From Chrysomallon squamiferum (Eukaryota > Animalia > Mollusca), in the NCBI GenBank assembly GCA_012295275.1, contig CM022666.1, positions 10,664,001 to 10,728,000 of the forward strand: DNA of 64,000 bases, written 5' to 3'. Positions within the stretch are counted from its first letter, which is position 1, and each line of letters starts with the position of its first letter. The notes under the pieces are model-generated. The model was given only the letters and a program-made list of their open reading frames with translations, did no database searches and had not been told where the DNA came from. Position numbers and translations under genes: made by a program. This document shows positions 25,889-37,800 of the stretch, one piece after another.

Positions 25889-26521
25889 GTGTTAATACTA
25901 CTTTCTGTATAGTAAATGAATATTACAAAATAAACGTGGCCTATCAGACAATCTTTTTATATATATATTTTTTTATCATTTTACAAGTGATGATAGCTAT
26001 TTTAATAGTTATTCAGTAATAAATGCGTTAGTGATAACACTAACCAATAAAAATATAGTATAGTTATACTTTGTTGTGAATCTATGGTTAGTATGTTAGT
26101 TAGAAAAAGAGATCAGAAGTCATCCAGTATATATCTGGACCTTAGTATTTTAAAACGTCTCGGTAATAAATTGTGTAATATTCTCTACTTCTCTACGAGA
26201 GTATATAAGTCTATCAAATTACCACAGGAGAGAAAGACACGCACTCTGACAAGCGACAGAGTGCGTGTCTGTCGTAGACATGCTTTACAACAACACGTTA
26301 ATTTCTTTTCTGTCACAGGATGGGATATAGGCGTTTATGTTTCGATCCGAATAAGCCATATGATTCTCGATTACTTTGTTTTGTGTCACATATGATACAG
26401 CCAAATGAAATATCGAGCATTTATAAATTAATGCAAGGCTGGAGTCATATCTATCTTAGCCGCAGATCTCGCAGACTTCTATGATACGAAGTAAGACCTA
26501 AAGACGTTCAATAAAGTAAAT

Positions 26522-26546
26522 ATACATACATACATACATACATACA

Positions 26547-26576
<30 letters not shown>
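26522..26576. repeat. (CATA)n microsatellite
   Basis: Direct reading. Confidence 0.95.
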
Positions 26577-26578
<2 letters not shown>

Positions 26579-26933
26579 ACGTCGTGGCGAGGTATTGCTA
26601 TAGGAATCTAGGAAGGAAAAAAAAAGTCACAGGAAAAAAGTTACAGAAAAAACACACACAAAAAAAAAACACCAAGGAAAAGTCACAGGAAAAAACGTCA
26701 CAAATCTTAATTAAGCAACATATTAGCAGTGAAAGATAGATTAATTTATTATGGTGATATGTTTCATTTATGGGTATTTGTGCCCTCTCCGGAAGTTACA
26801 CAGAGTCGGTTATGGCGGTCCAAGGAAATGGCATCGCATCACGGCTAGAATGTTACTGCTGGTGCTTTTGTGAGAGGAAACAAAATACAAAATAAGAAAA
26901 ACTTCCGAGCAAAAGTGCTTTTGAAAGAAAGAA

Positions 26934-28333
26934 ATGAAACCAGCTGCAATCGTTGCAGATGAAATGTTCCCTGAAGGGGCAGGTCCATATATGGATATAG
27001 AGGAGGTGATGTAAATTACATTTATACAGGTTAAGCCACTTTCCGATATAATTCGTGGTAATACTTTGAGGAAAATAATTTTGTGATAATAATTAATATA
27101 ATTAATATAATTATAATTATATGATGGTGAAGTTAATCACGATACTTATTAATGATTTAATATCTGATAAAATTATAAATGTTTTTCTTTTTAGTGCATA
27201 AATAAATTTAAAAAAATAAAATACAAACAGTTTTTCAGTTAAGAGTTGGGTGAGCTTGGGATGAATGTGAATTAACAATTGCACTAAAAATGCTCTTAGC
27301 CATAGTTAGTGATTCTTAAATTGGCCAAAGGATATGATTAATAATGTGATTACTTAACATAAAATGATTATGAAACTGTGTTACATATGTTCATCTAAAT
27401 TATATAAATAAAACGTTAATAAACTAATAGTTATAATATCAAGAAAACACTTTTGTTTTGTAGGCTGGTGGTTCCAGTGCTTTGTTAATGGATTTAGCTG
27501 CCAATGAGAAATCGGTTCACGCTGACTTTTTTAATGGTTTGTTTATTATAATTTTATTATCTTATCTGTACCCTTTATTGGTTATGTTGTTTACCAGTAC
27601 TTGAATACTGTGTGTGGAGCAGACTTTTGCTCAGTGCCAGCAGGAACATTATGATATGAACTACTTTACTAATCCTTCATTGGGCTTTTTTCATTCCAAC
27701 CAATACCATTTAAATGCACAATCCAAGAGTATATATACATTTTCCTGTGTGTGGGAAAATGTGTGTATGTGCATATTTATATATAAACATACAAAGTTGC
27801 ACACAAAATCCTTGCTGATAAGTGTTGAGATTAACATGGAGTGTTTGCATAGTAGAGTTGTATAGAGAACTTAATTTTGTTTGTTTAACCACTTCATTAC
27901 TAAGTCGTATCTCATGTACTGTTAATTATTTGAAATGAAAATATTCATAAGCTACATATTTTTCACAGAACTTAACAAAAATTTAGCATATGTGAGCATT
28001 AATCACTTATAATAGTTCCTCACATTTGTTTACATACATTTTTTCTCATTTCTGATAAATGGTAGTAACAGCAGAAACATGATGGTAGTAGACAAAACCT
28101 TTGACTATTGATGTGAATAAGTAACACTGTTCTATTATAAATCAGATATTCTATTGTAACTTGAGATAGTCAGTATAATGACATATAATGTGATCAAAAT
28201 CATCAAGAGGTTACGGTGAAACTTATTTTTCAGCTTGCATGTTAATCATTGTTTAAAAAAAAAAAAAAAATTGTTTAAAATGTTTTGTCTTTCAGATTTT
28301 GATGACCTGTTTGATGATGAAGACTTAGCTTAG
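26934..28333 (+). CDS. COPS9: COP9 signalosome subunit 9 (MYEOV2/CSNAP), 60 aa, 3 exons
   Basis: Exons 26934-27005, 27464-27536, 28296-28333 give [60 protein letters not shown], close to human COPS9 as I recall it ([57 protein letters not shown]). AATAAA at 28459-28464. ETS-type CCGGAAGT at 26789-26796. Confidence 0.96.
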
Positions 28334-29650
28334 ACTTGATATACAGTTCTATGAAATCAACATCAAGATAGTTTAATGTGGATAATCTTGGAAATCAACT
28401 TTTTCTGATAATTATGAAGTTCATGTTTGTATCAGAAGACAAGAGACAGTGAGAAGATAATAAACATTTTCATTTTTTTTATTTTATTAAATGTTCAGGT
28501 GCATCATGTAAATAGAAAATTAAATACTTTTCACAAGATGTTGTAGTGTTTTTATTTATTATTCATGAACAGAAATAGGAAGGGTGTAGTTCAAGGTTTA
28601 GTCCAATATGAAAAATTAATGTTTAACCACTTATTCATACTACAATTATTTGAAATCAAAATTTTAACAGCTTGACATATTAAAGCTAGAGATGTTTTTT
28701 TCTTCAAATAATGGAAATGTAATTAAATAGATCTTTAATTTTATTTTAAAATGTTGCATATAACAGAAACATAAACCAACTTTGAGATTTTCATTCCTTT
28801 GTAGTGACAACAATAAATTTAAATTTCTGAAAATTTACCAATTTGCAATTGTTAGTAAACTGATGATCAAAATTCTTTGTCAATGAATCAATAAAAATAT
28901 TCTGTACCTTCTATATCAGTGATTCCCAACAGTGAACTCTGACCATTAGTGTTTGTGTGAACCCTTTTCATGAAATACATAGAAACAAACATATTTATTA
29001 ACCTGTGTTGATATCTCCTCGTATCATGAATATATAATTACAGCTTCAGTTTATGATTTTGACATAAAAAACATCAACCATAAATATGTAATATGTTAGA
29101 ATCCTATCATCTTAATTTTTATGTTTGAAATAAAAATACTTTCAGATTGTGGAAATAAAATCTATCAACTTATCTACCTGTCTAGCTGATAAGTAAAATA
29201 ATAATAACCTGGTTTCTGATATAACTGTATTTTAATTTATTTGAAATATTTCAGAGTTACAGAAGCAGAAAGTGCCAAAAAAAATCATTATGAAAATAAT
29301 TGTTTAATTACCAGATTACAAAATAATCATTGAAACAAACATAAATGTAGTTATTTCAATTGATGTCAAACTTCATAATCTTATTAACTGTTAACATTAA
29401 ATTGGCTGAAATTTGAAAGCATATTTTTATAAACAATATCATGGTAAATGAAAGTTTTGAAATATTGTAATGTTTTGTTCTTGAGAACAATTAAGCTTCA
29501 TGTTTAATGTAATACATCCATGATGTGAAAGCAGAAGATCAAAATTTTTGCTATCTTGCTTTGACCAGCTGCTTCAACCATCCCAACAGTGAGAGCAGGT
29601 TTAAGTAAAGCATGAGACATGCTGGATTCAGGCAGGTTTGGTGACTGATT

Positions 29651-32554
29651 TCATGACTTTCTGGTGACATTGTGCAACACAATGTGCGATCTAAGAGATG
29701 GAATAGTGGAGAACTCTTTGCCACAAACATGACATCTGTAAACAAAAACATTATTATATTTACTAACAGCAGTAATAGTAGTACAAGCAGTAATGATGAT
29801 GATGGTAATAACGGTTGTGATAACAGAAGCAACGGCTGTAGTGGAAGACAACTTTTAAAATTTTATTATTTTCTTCTGTGAATGAAGTAATATATATAAA
29901 AAGAATTTTTTTATTTTTAATGTTAGCATCTGAAACAATTCAAAACATACAAAACTTATACAGATTATTTGTTAGTACTACAATAAGTGCACTTTAACTA
30001 GAAAGAAATACAATATCATTTGTTGGAACAACACAATGAGTTATTTCTTTGAATCATTAAAGGTATCATTTACCTTAGATGCTTTTTGAGGAGGCTGCTA
30101 GCTTGACCTGAATCGATCTCCACTTTACCTTTCTCTTCCAACTGTTTAATAATATCTATAAAATCAAATGAAACTATTTTGTCACATTCTTTTAACAAAA
30201 ATATGTTAATATACAAAAAGACAACTGGTATGTGTGTGAGTAGACAGATAAATATCATACTAACATTAGTAGTTGAAAAGTAATTACTATTCTGTTTCCC
30301 TTTCCCATTCAGAATGAGGCCAGCAATATTTAGCATGATTTCAGAAAACTAAGTTGTATGACACCAGAAGTAAATTTTTTTTTTTACCTCATGGATTATG
30401 TTCACTAAATAAAACAATGTTCAATTTGACAAAGGTTAAAAACACTTTGCTTTAAAGAACACCATTAAAAACAATATTTTTATCATTTGCCCTGATATGC
30501 CCAAAACTAGTAGTCTTGACAAACAGAAAGGATCATTTGTAATGTAAATGTATTTACTATGATCTGTTACCACATGAATTGATGAAATATTCAGTTGTGA
30601 AAGAATTCCAGTGTTTCTTTGTCTTCAAACAGGGGCTGTTGAAATCTTGACTAATCACATGAAGATGAAGATATCTATAAAAATAATGTAAAAGTAATAA
30701 AATATGCTGATAACAAAATGCACACATAAAATTTAAAAATCAGGACATAAAAAAGATCAATAACATTTATATACATATGAAGACAAATTTGTGTGTAGAC
30801 TGTAGCTTTAAGAACTGTGATAGAAATTTAATCACAGTGACAAACAATAATACTATTTAACTGGTGTTTGTGATGGTAACTGACCCCATACTTGGAATAG
30901 CATGATATCCAAATCGAAATTTCAGTTCTTTATCTGCTCTGAAATAGAAACTGCAGAATTACAAAAAACAAATAGTTGTTTGGTAATTCCTAATTACTTT
31001 TGAATGCATTATTATATAAATCATTTTCTGAAACTGAAGGAAAAAACGGTCTTGAAAACTTCACTGGAAAATTAAAACATTGATTGAATGTATTAGTTTT
31101 TAAATTTTTCTAAGATCACACACACACACACACACTTTAGCAGTAAAAAAATATTAAGAAATGAGCTAAATCATGCTGTTTACTATAAACTTATGTTTAT
31201 ATAATAATTCACATCACACGGTAGATATTTCAGTTCTAGAAGTATATTTAAAACGCTTTCATTTTAAAACAATTTATTCATCACACAAAACACTTAAAAC
31301 ACAATGAGAAAATATAACTGTAATAAAAGGAAATAAAAAAACAAGTCTCACCTGTCTGCAATATCAACACCTTTCTTGTGCATATGAACCAGCAAATCTA
31401 AATGTTTCTTTTCTAGACTTTTTAGATTTGGTATTTTTTCCTTGGGCAAAATAAGAAAGTGAAATTTAGCCTGAAAATGAAAAACAGAAATTATTTTCCA
31501 GTTTATTATTTATGATTTTCATGTTATATTGGTTTTTTGTTTTCTTTGCAGGGGGAGTTTTTATAGGTTTTTTTGGGTGTATGGGGGTAATGGAAGTTTT
31601 GGTTTCTGCTTTTGGGCCCTAAAAAACAAATTCATTTAAATATTTAAATGGTGTTACTTTTTTCTTCTGTGTAAGAAATACTTGGTGCTCCAATACAGTT
31701 GTTTCTCTATTGAAGGCTAAGGTAATAATGCATGAATCAATGGTCTTATTAACAGAATTCTTAATTTTGGTACAAATATTAGTTGTGAGATTACATTAGT
31801 TAATATCAGATTGTGAGGTGACCTGGTAGTCCTGTACAACTCACTACTCTTACTCTTAGGACATTTCCCCACTCTTAATTTTTTATAAGTGTCTGTGGCA
31901 AGAATCAACGTAGTAATACCCTGTAATTATACCCTGTAATGATGATGATAATAATAATAATAATATTTGTTGTAGTGGTAGTAGTAGCAGTAGTAGTAGT
32001 AGTAGTAATAACAGCAGCAGCAACAACAACAATAATTATGGTGATAATGATTATGACGGTAGATCTAACATGTATACAAGTGTTTATGCATGTTTGTGTG
32101 TGTGTGTGTGTGTGTGTGTCCATTTATTAGCCTCAAAATAACTTTCTACAGGTAAAAAAACCAATAAACACCCAAACTATCATTAGTCTGTTTACTGGTC
32201 TAATAAGCAACATTGCTCCTTCATGGTATATGCTTTCCTGACAAACCAAACGTTCATAATTTAGTTTTTATAAATTTTATGTAATCAAAGACCAGAGTCA
32301 GGAGGCTTTCACTATAGCAGTTTAAAGGTTCATTAAAAAAGGAACAAATTATAATAACAACACATGGGTAATTTTGGGCGATATTATTTTCCCTAGTAAA
32401 TAGTAACATCAATGATACCATTTCTAACTTTATGTGAAGTAAAACATATTAAAACTTTTAACTGATACAACTTGTTTAACATGAAACTACTCGTTGAAGT
32501 TGACAATCGTCGCATATTTTATATTTTTATTTATTTATTTATTTATTTTTATTA

Positions 32555-32596
<42 letters not shown>

Positions 32597-32602
32597 AATA
32601 AT

Positions 32603-32693
<91 letters not shown>

Positions 32694-32840
32694 TACCTTA
32701 GGATATTTATCTTTAATAATAACAACTTTATCATCAGATTCTATTCGTAATTCTGGGTCTTCCATAGATATTTGTAGCCCCTTGTTCCAATGACCGGATT
32801 GTTTTTTAAATATCTCCATTTTCCTTTTTGTATTGGCCAT
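29651..32840 (-). CDS. APTX: Aprataxin (HIT domain + C2H2 zinc finger, no FHA), 195 aa from ATG 32840 or 226 aa from in-frame ATG 32933; 6 exons
   Basis: Exons 32840-32697, 31470-31352, 30938-30885, 30674-30571, 30155-30074, 29735-29651 with consistent phases. Motifs [59 protein letters not shown] and [12 protein letters not shown]. Confidence 0.95.
32520..32690. repeat. (TTTA)n/(TTA)n followed by (TAA)n microsatellite at the 5' end of APTX intron 1
   Basis: Direct reading; explains the poly-Y/poly-I tails of ORF-track entries here. Confidence 0.95.
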
Positions 32841-33035
32841 TGCGATTTGTTTTATCGGTTGCGGTAATTCCCTCCTTTCGTCGCTCTTTAATCGATAACA
32901 ACACAAAAGTCGGACTGTAAATAGCCTTTGCATTATTATAATCATATTTATTTGGGAAAAACTTCAGCCAAAACTAAACACTAATGTTTATACCATCTCT
33001 AAAATAAAATTCGACCTTAACCCTTTATAATAACG

Positions 33036-33550
33036 ATGGCGCCAATTACAAAAATAACTTTCGTGTCTATAACCATTTTTCTGTGTAATTATTCCAACAA
33101 ATATTCCGATGTTATTTCTCAACAGCATTTTGTATTCGTTTTCTAAATGATATTTTGTCATTTATTTTCAACCTGACTCTCTCACACAATATATGATACT
33201 TGATAGTGATCCACATGCTTTAAGTTTATCTTTTGTAACTTTTTTGAAAATAAAAATTTAAAAACAATCAACAAATAACCAAAAACATTAAAATACATAT
33301 CCCCTGACCCACGTCAGAACCTTATAAATCAGATCAAAAGAAACAACAGTTTCAATGAATTGCATATTTATAATTTTATTATTACGGTTCGATATTTGTT
33401 ACTATATTTAACTGACCGGAAGGTGGGAAATTCCTTTGTAAACCAACTTCCGGTAACCTTGTTTCCACGGGCGCTTTCTCCATTTTTCAGCAAAAGAAAG
33501 TTGAAGCGGAGCATACTTTTTATAAATTTAACTGTTATTTTCTGTTTCAG
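33036..33550. promoter_or_regulatory. Shared APTX / PPP2R3 promoter region and non-coding exon 1 of PPP2R3 (donor at 33551)
   Basis: Inverted ETS-type sites CCGGAAG 33416-33422 and ACTTCCGG 33446-33453; YY1-like ATGGCG 33036-33041; donor CAG|GTAAAT at 33550/33551; acceptor ttttcag before 34614. Confidence 0.55.
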
Positions 33551-33752
33551 GTAAATACTTAGAAGTTATTAATATTCAGATTTTTAACGAAACTTGATAT
33601 ATTTTTATGTGTCTATACTTGTTACAGAACACTTTTGACTTCAAAGAGAAGTCGCTCACCACTTCGAGGCACTTTCAGTGTTCACCATCACATGCGCTTG
33701 TAATAAAAATAATTGCAGTAGAAGTTAAACAAACAAATAAACAAATAAAAAT

Positions 33753-33804
<52 letters not shown>

Positions 33805-34115
33805 AAAAAGGAAAAAGAAGAAGAAATCCATTACGTATAATTATTATTTTTTTAAGTACCATTTTTCTATTACCATTACACTATGTCAATAAGTATCCTA
33901 AATCTACAAATAAATGTAATACTAGGGACGTTCTTTAATAATTTTTCTGTATAATAATATAAATACATTTCCTGTTAATGTTGCTATGTGATTATGATAT
34001 GCATAAAAATTTAAGCAGTTATGTTGTTGTTTTTTGTTTTTTGGAGGGGTTTCCATCACAATTTCTAAAATATGTTTCCAAGCATTCACTAATCAGGTCC
34101 CTTGTTTTGCAGTCA

Positions 34116-34156
<41 letters not shown>

Positions 34157-34334
34157 GTGTGTGTGTCTGGGAGTAGACTAATAGTTAGCAGATAAAAATG
34201 TTCTTGATATATAAGAAATAAAAACTACAACAACAACAACAACAAAAACTACTGATTTGTTTCTAGCATAGATGAATAAATTAAAAAAAAAAATATATAT
34301 ATTATTAAGCTAAAACTGAATATAATTAGTTTGA

Positions 34335-34336
<2 letters not shown>

Positions 34337-34430
<94 letters not shown>
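34337..34430. repeat. (TC)n(TG)n microsatellite
   Basis: Direct reading. Confidence 0.95.
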
Positions 34431-34431
<1 letters not shown>

Positions 34432-34825
34432 GAAGTTATAACCCATGAGCTCATCTCGTGATCCCATGCTTTTGTACGAAAATGTGCACACACACACACA
34501 AACACACACACACTTGTTTATATATCATTATATATAACACAAATTATAATTGTATAGTTGATAAAACTAATTTTTGATTATTAAAGCTAAACTTTTCTTT
34601 TATTTGTTTTCAGCTTTTCAGTGTTGTTGGCCAACAACATATGAAATGCTTCAAGGGATTTTCAATGGACAGTTTCAGCTTGATATGTTTATAAAATGTA
34701 AAAACAGCTTGATGTCTTTAGAATGTCTTTGTGACTGCTACAATTCATAGTGTATCTAAAATGTCCTAAGTGAAAATTGTGGACACTTAGATTTAATGTG
34801 TATGTAAAATGTCCAAATATCTGTG

Positions 34826-37800
34826 ATGGCTTTACGTCCAGTACTCAAGGTAAAAGTTGATGAATTATTTCTAAGATGGCTGAGTGATTCTGAAACACAA
34901 CAAGTTCTACAGGAAAACCTCAGACAGATTGTTCTGGGAGAACGACCAACTCAGCCTTCACCAAGAACAGCAGCTGGTATCAGTCACAAGCCTCAGTCAC
35001 CAAGGTTACGCTCATCATCACCAACATATGGTGCTTCATCTGGTAAACTGCACAGCCCTCGTAGTCCTCGCAGACCACTGGTCTCAAAAAATAATCATCA
35101 TCATTATAATGTGACAAGCAGGGTAAGAAAAATAAAACTTTTCCAATTTGTTTCATTATTTGAATTTTGTATTTTATTTTCAGTGAGTAATAAAAATTAC
35201 GTATGGAGGAAATAAAGACTATCCAGATGATCTGTAAACTCATAAGGTATAGTTCATTTTCCTCAAAAGTGAAACATCAAGCAGAAATATTTACAAAACC
35301 TGTTTATTCCAAATAATGGAAAAATAATATTTCTCACATATATTGCTTGTTTAATATACAAACTATAATATAAAATTATTTATGAAGCATATGTATTTTT
35401 GTGTGCAAACAGAAGTCAGTTGTATTTTGTTTTTAACAAAAGAAACATGACACAAACACAATAGTACATGTGTGAAAACCCCAAGACAGCATTTGTTTTA
35501 ATCAGTGTACATCTGTTTAGCAGTCATTAATCCACATAAAACCTGAAGCTAGACTTATGGATTTTGTCCTTCAATTTTATTTTACAGCTGTATGTGATGG
35601 TATACTGGAATGTTTCTGTTTAAACTTTGGAAGAGTATTAATTTCAGAATAGCTGAATAACATATATTGTGACCCATTCTGTATCATTAAGTCATTTTTA
35701 TTTTTTATTTTTTTAACATTAAATGAAAACATAACTTTAAAATATTTTCTTCATCAGATACTTTCCTTGGTTCATATTCCATTTAAAATGTATTAACTGT
35801 AATATAATACAGTGTTCAGGTCTTGTAAAATGTGTGCATTATATAAAATCTGGTACACTTTTTCACCTTATCATTTGTTTCTTGACCCATGTCATAAGTC
35901 TGTCCCTTTAATATTGATTTAGATTACTTCCACACTTTAAATATTCCCCTTTTTTGCTATTCTGCTCTAATCTTGCATGTTGGAAAGTCTATTACTTGTA
36001 TTAGATATAATTAAAAACTGTAATTTTATTTTGTTACATTCAGTAAATAGGCCTGATATAATATGAAGTTAAATTCATTTTAATCTATCAAAAATACAAT
36101 GCATTTTACTGGTATTTAAAATCATAACAATGTCCTATTTTATTAACTGCTAATGTAAGGAATACCCTTTCATCATTTTCTGATCTTTGTATGTTCTTTT
36201 TATATAATGCTCAAATTATCCTATTCCTGTGTTGTGCACATCAATGTATATGTAACACTCAAACATACACACACAAAACGATTTATTTGGCAGGTGTGAG
36301 ACCCCAGGCGATCTAGAATGAAACTATATTTAACAGATACAAATTAATACACTTTTAACAATAGGGTTTGTTTGATCTTTATTAATCGACTTGAAATTCT
36401 TAAAATATTTTTATAGAATATCTGGATATAACACAGAACGAAAATTAAATTAAAAAAAATACTACATAATTTTATTTACCAGATAGAGGTGCAAGTTAAC
36501 ACACTTCTTAATTCACTTAGAGTTCATAAAATAGCTTCATCAAATAACATGTATATTACATAGGAGGAACATAATTTATATAACAGTTACTCAGTACATC
36601 TGACATGTATATAATAACAACTTATTGTAAGATCATCACCGCTACAGTCTAAGCCTCACTTAAATATATAAATAAAATAGAGTAACATGTTAATGAAGTT
36701 GACTGCTGTTTTGACAAGTGTCTATAGGACATGACAGGTCATGTGAATTTGAGTGCGGTATATTTTCATGACAGGAATACTTGCAACCAAATATAGGGTC
36801 CTCATGTTGTCCTTGACATGTGCCATTTTGTCTTTACAGTTATCCTATAAAAAATTTAAAAAATAATTTTTGACTTGAAGCAGTGCAGTATAAGATTCAA
36901 ATGTCGTGGTTAAACTTGTTTGTGAGTTCAGTTGAAGAATGCTCTGTTATGCAGCATTTTGTTTGGGAGAGTCAGTGCCGCTTGGGTCCCAGCATATGTT
37001 CTTTGGGTACTGTGTGCTTTATTTACATCTGCTATTTTTGTGTTTGTGTATTTTTGTCATTTTTCTGAAAATAATTACGTTCTCCCTTTCATTTTCCTAT
37101 GGCCTAGTGCTATTTCTTAATATGTGTATATATATGTATGTATGTATAAGTGAGGTTAGGTAAGTGACTTAGGCTTCAAAAATCACCATGTCAGTCTGTA
37201 ACTTGAGGAGCCCTTGTCTGTATTTTGTTTTCTCTTACTCTTTTATGCCTCATTATGAGCAGAACTCAATTTATTATTATTATTATTTAAATTTTTCAAC
37301 ATACTCTTTGTATAGCAGATTTTTATTCTTTATTCTATAAAATTTTGAACTGAGTCAGTACACAAACAAATGAAAACAGTAAACAAATAAATAATAAACA
37401 ATTAATGATAAATTTAAAAAATATATATGTAAATAATAATAATAATAAAAAACAATAACAAAAAAAAGCAACAATGTAAAATAAACAACCCTCACCATAA
37501 AAACAACATCAACAAACAGAAACAAAAAAACAAAACAAACAATAACAAAAAACCTGCATTTGTTTCAGCATTGTATTATCCCAATTAGAATACATTTATT
37601 ATATTTAAAAACTAAAGATGAAAAAAGAAACAAATTAAGACAAAACAAACATTGCTAGGCTGGTGTGTTTAGATAAATTAATTCTGTAGACAGTGGTCAT
37701 TCAGAAACATTTGGAAAATCTTGTGTTGTCACCATTTTAGATGTGATTGAAAGTTTATTAGGCCAGCTATATTCTGATTTCACTTGTGTGTTGCTCTTTA

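Noticed and set aside
28917-28930. CAGTGATTCCCAAC, resembling a hAT terminal repeat
   Set aside because: No partner end or TSD found; too short to support.
30659-30673. APTX HIT motif reads YLHLH rather than HxHxH, suggesting inactivity
   Set aside because: The first His is variable among aprataxin orthologs; the catalytic middle His and third His are intact.
31905-34511. Short ORFs with poly-I/Y/N/K or ER/HT runs (also at 45043-45681 and 56168-56410)
   Set aside because: Translations of microsatellites and poly-A tracts.
36840-37163. Possible extra PPP2R3 coding exon ending at a strong donor (AG|GTAAGT, 37160)
   Set aside because: The phase-0 frame ends in TAG and the open frame is phase 2, incompatible with the next exon; at most non-coding.
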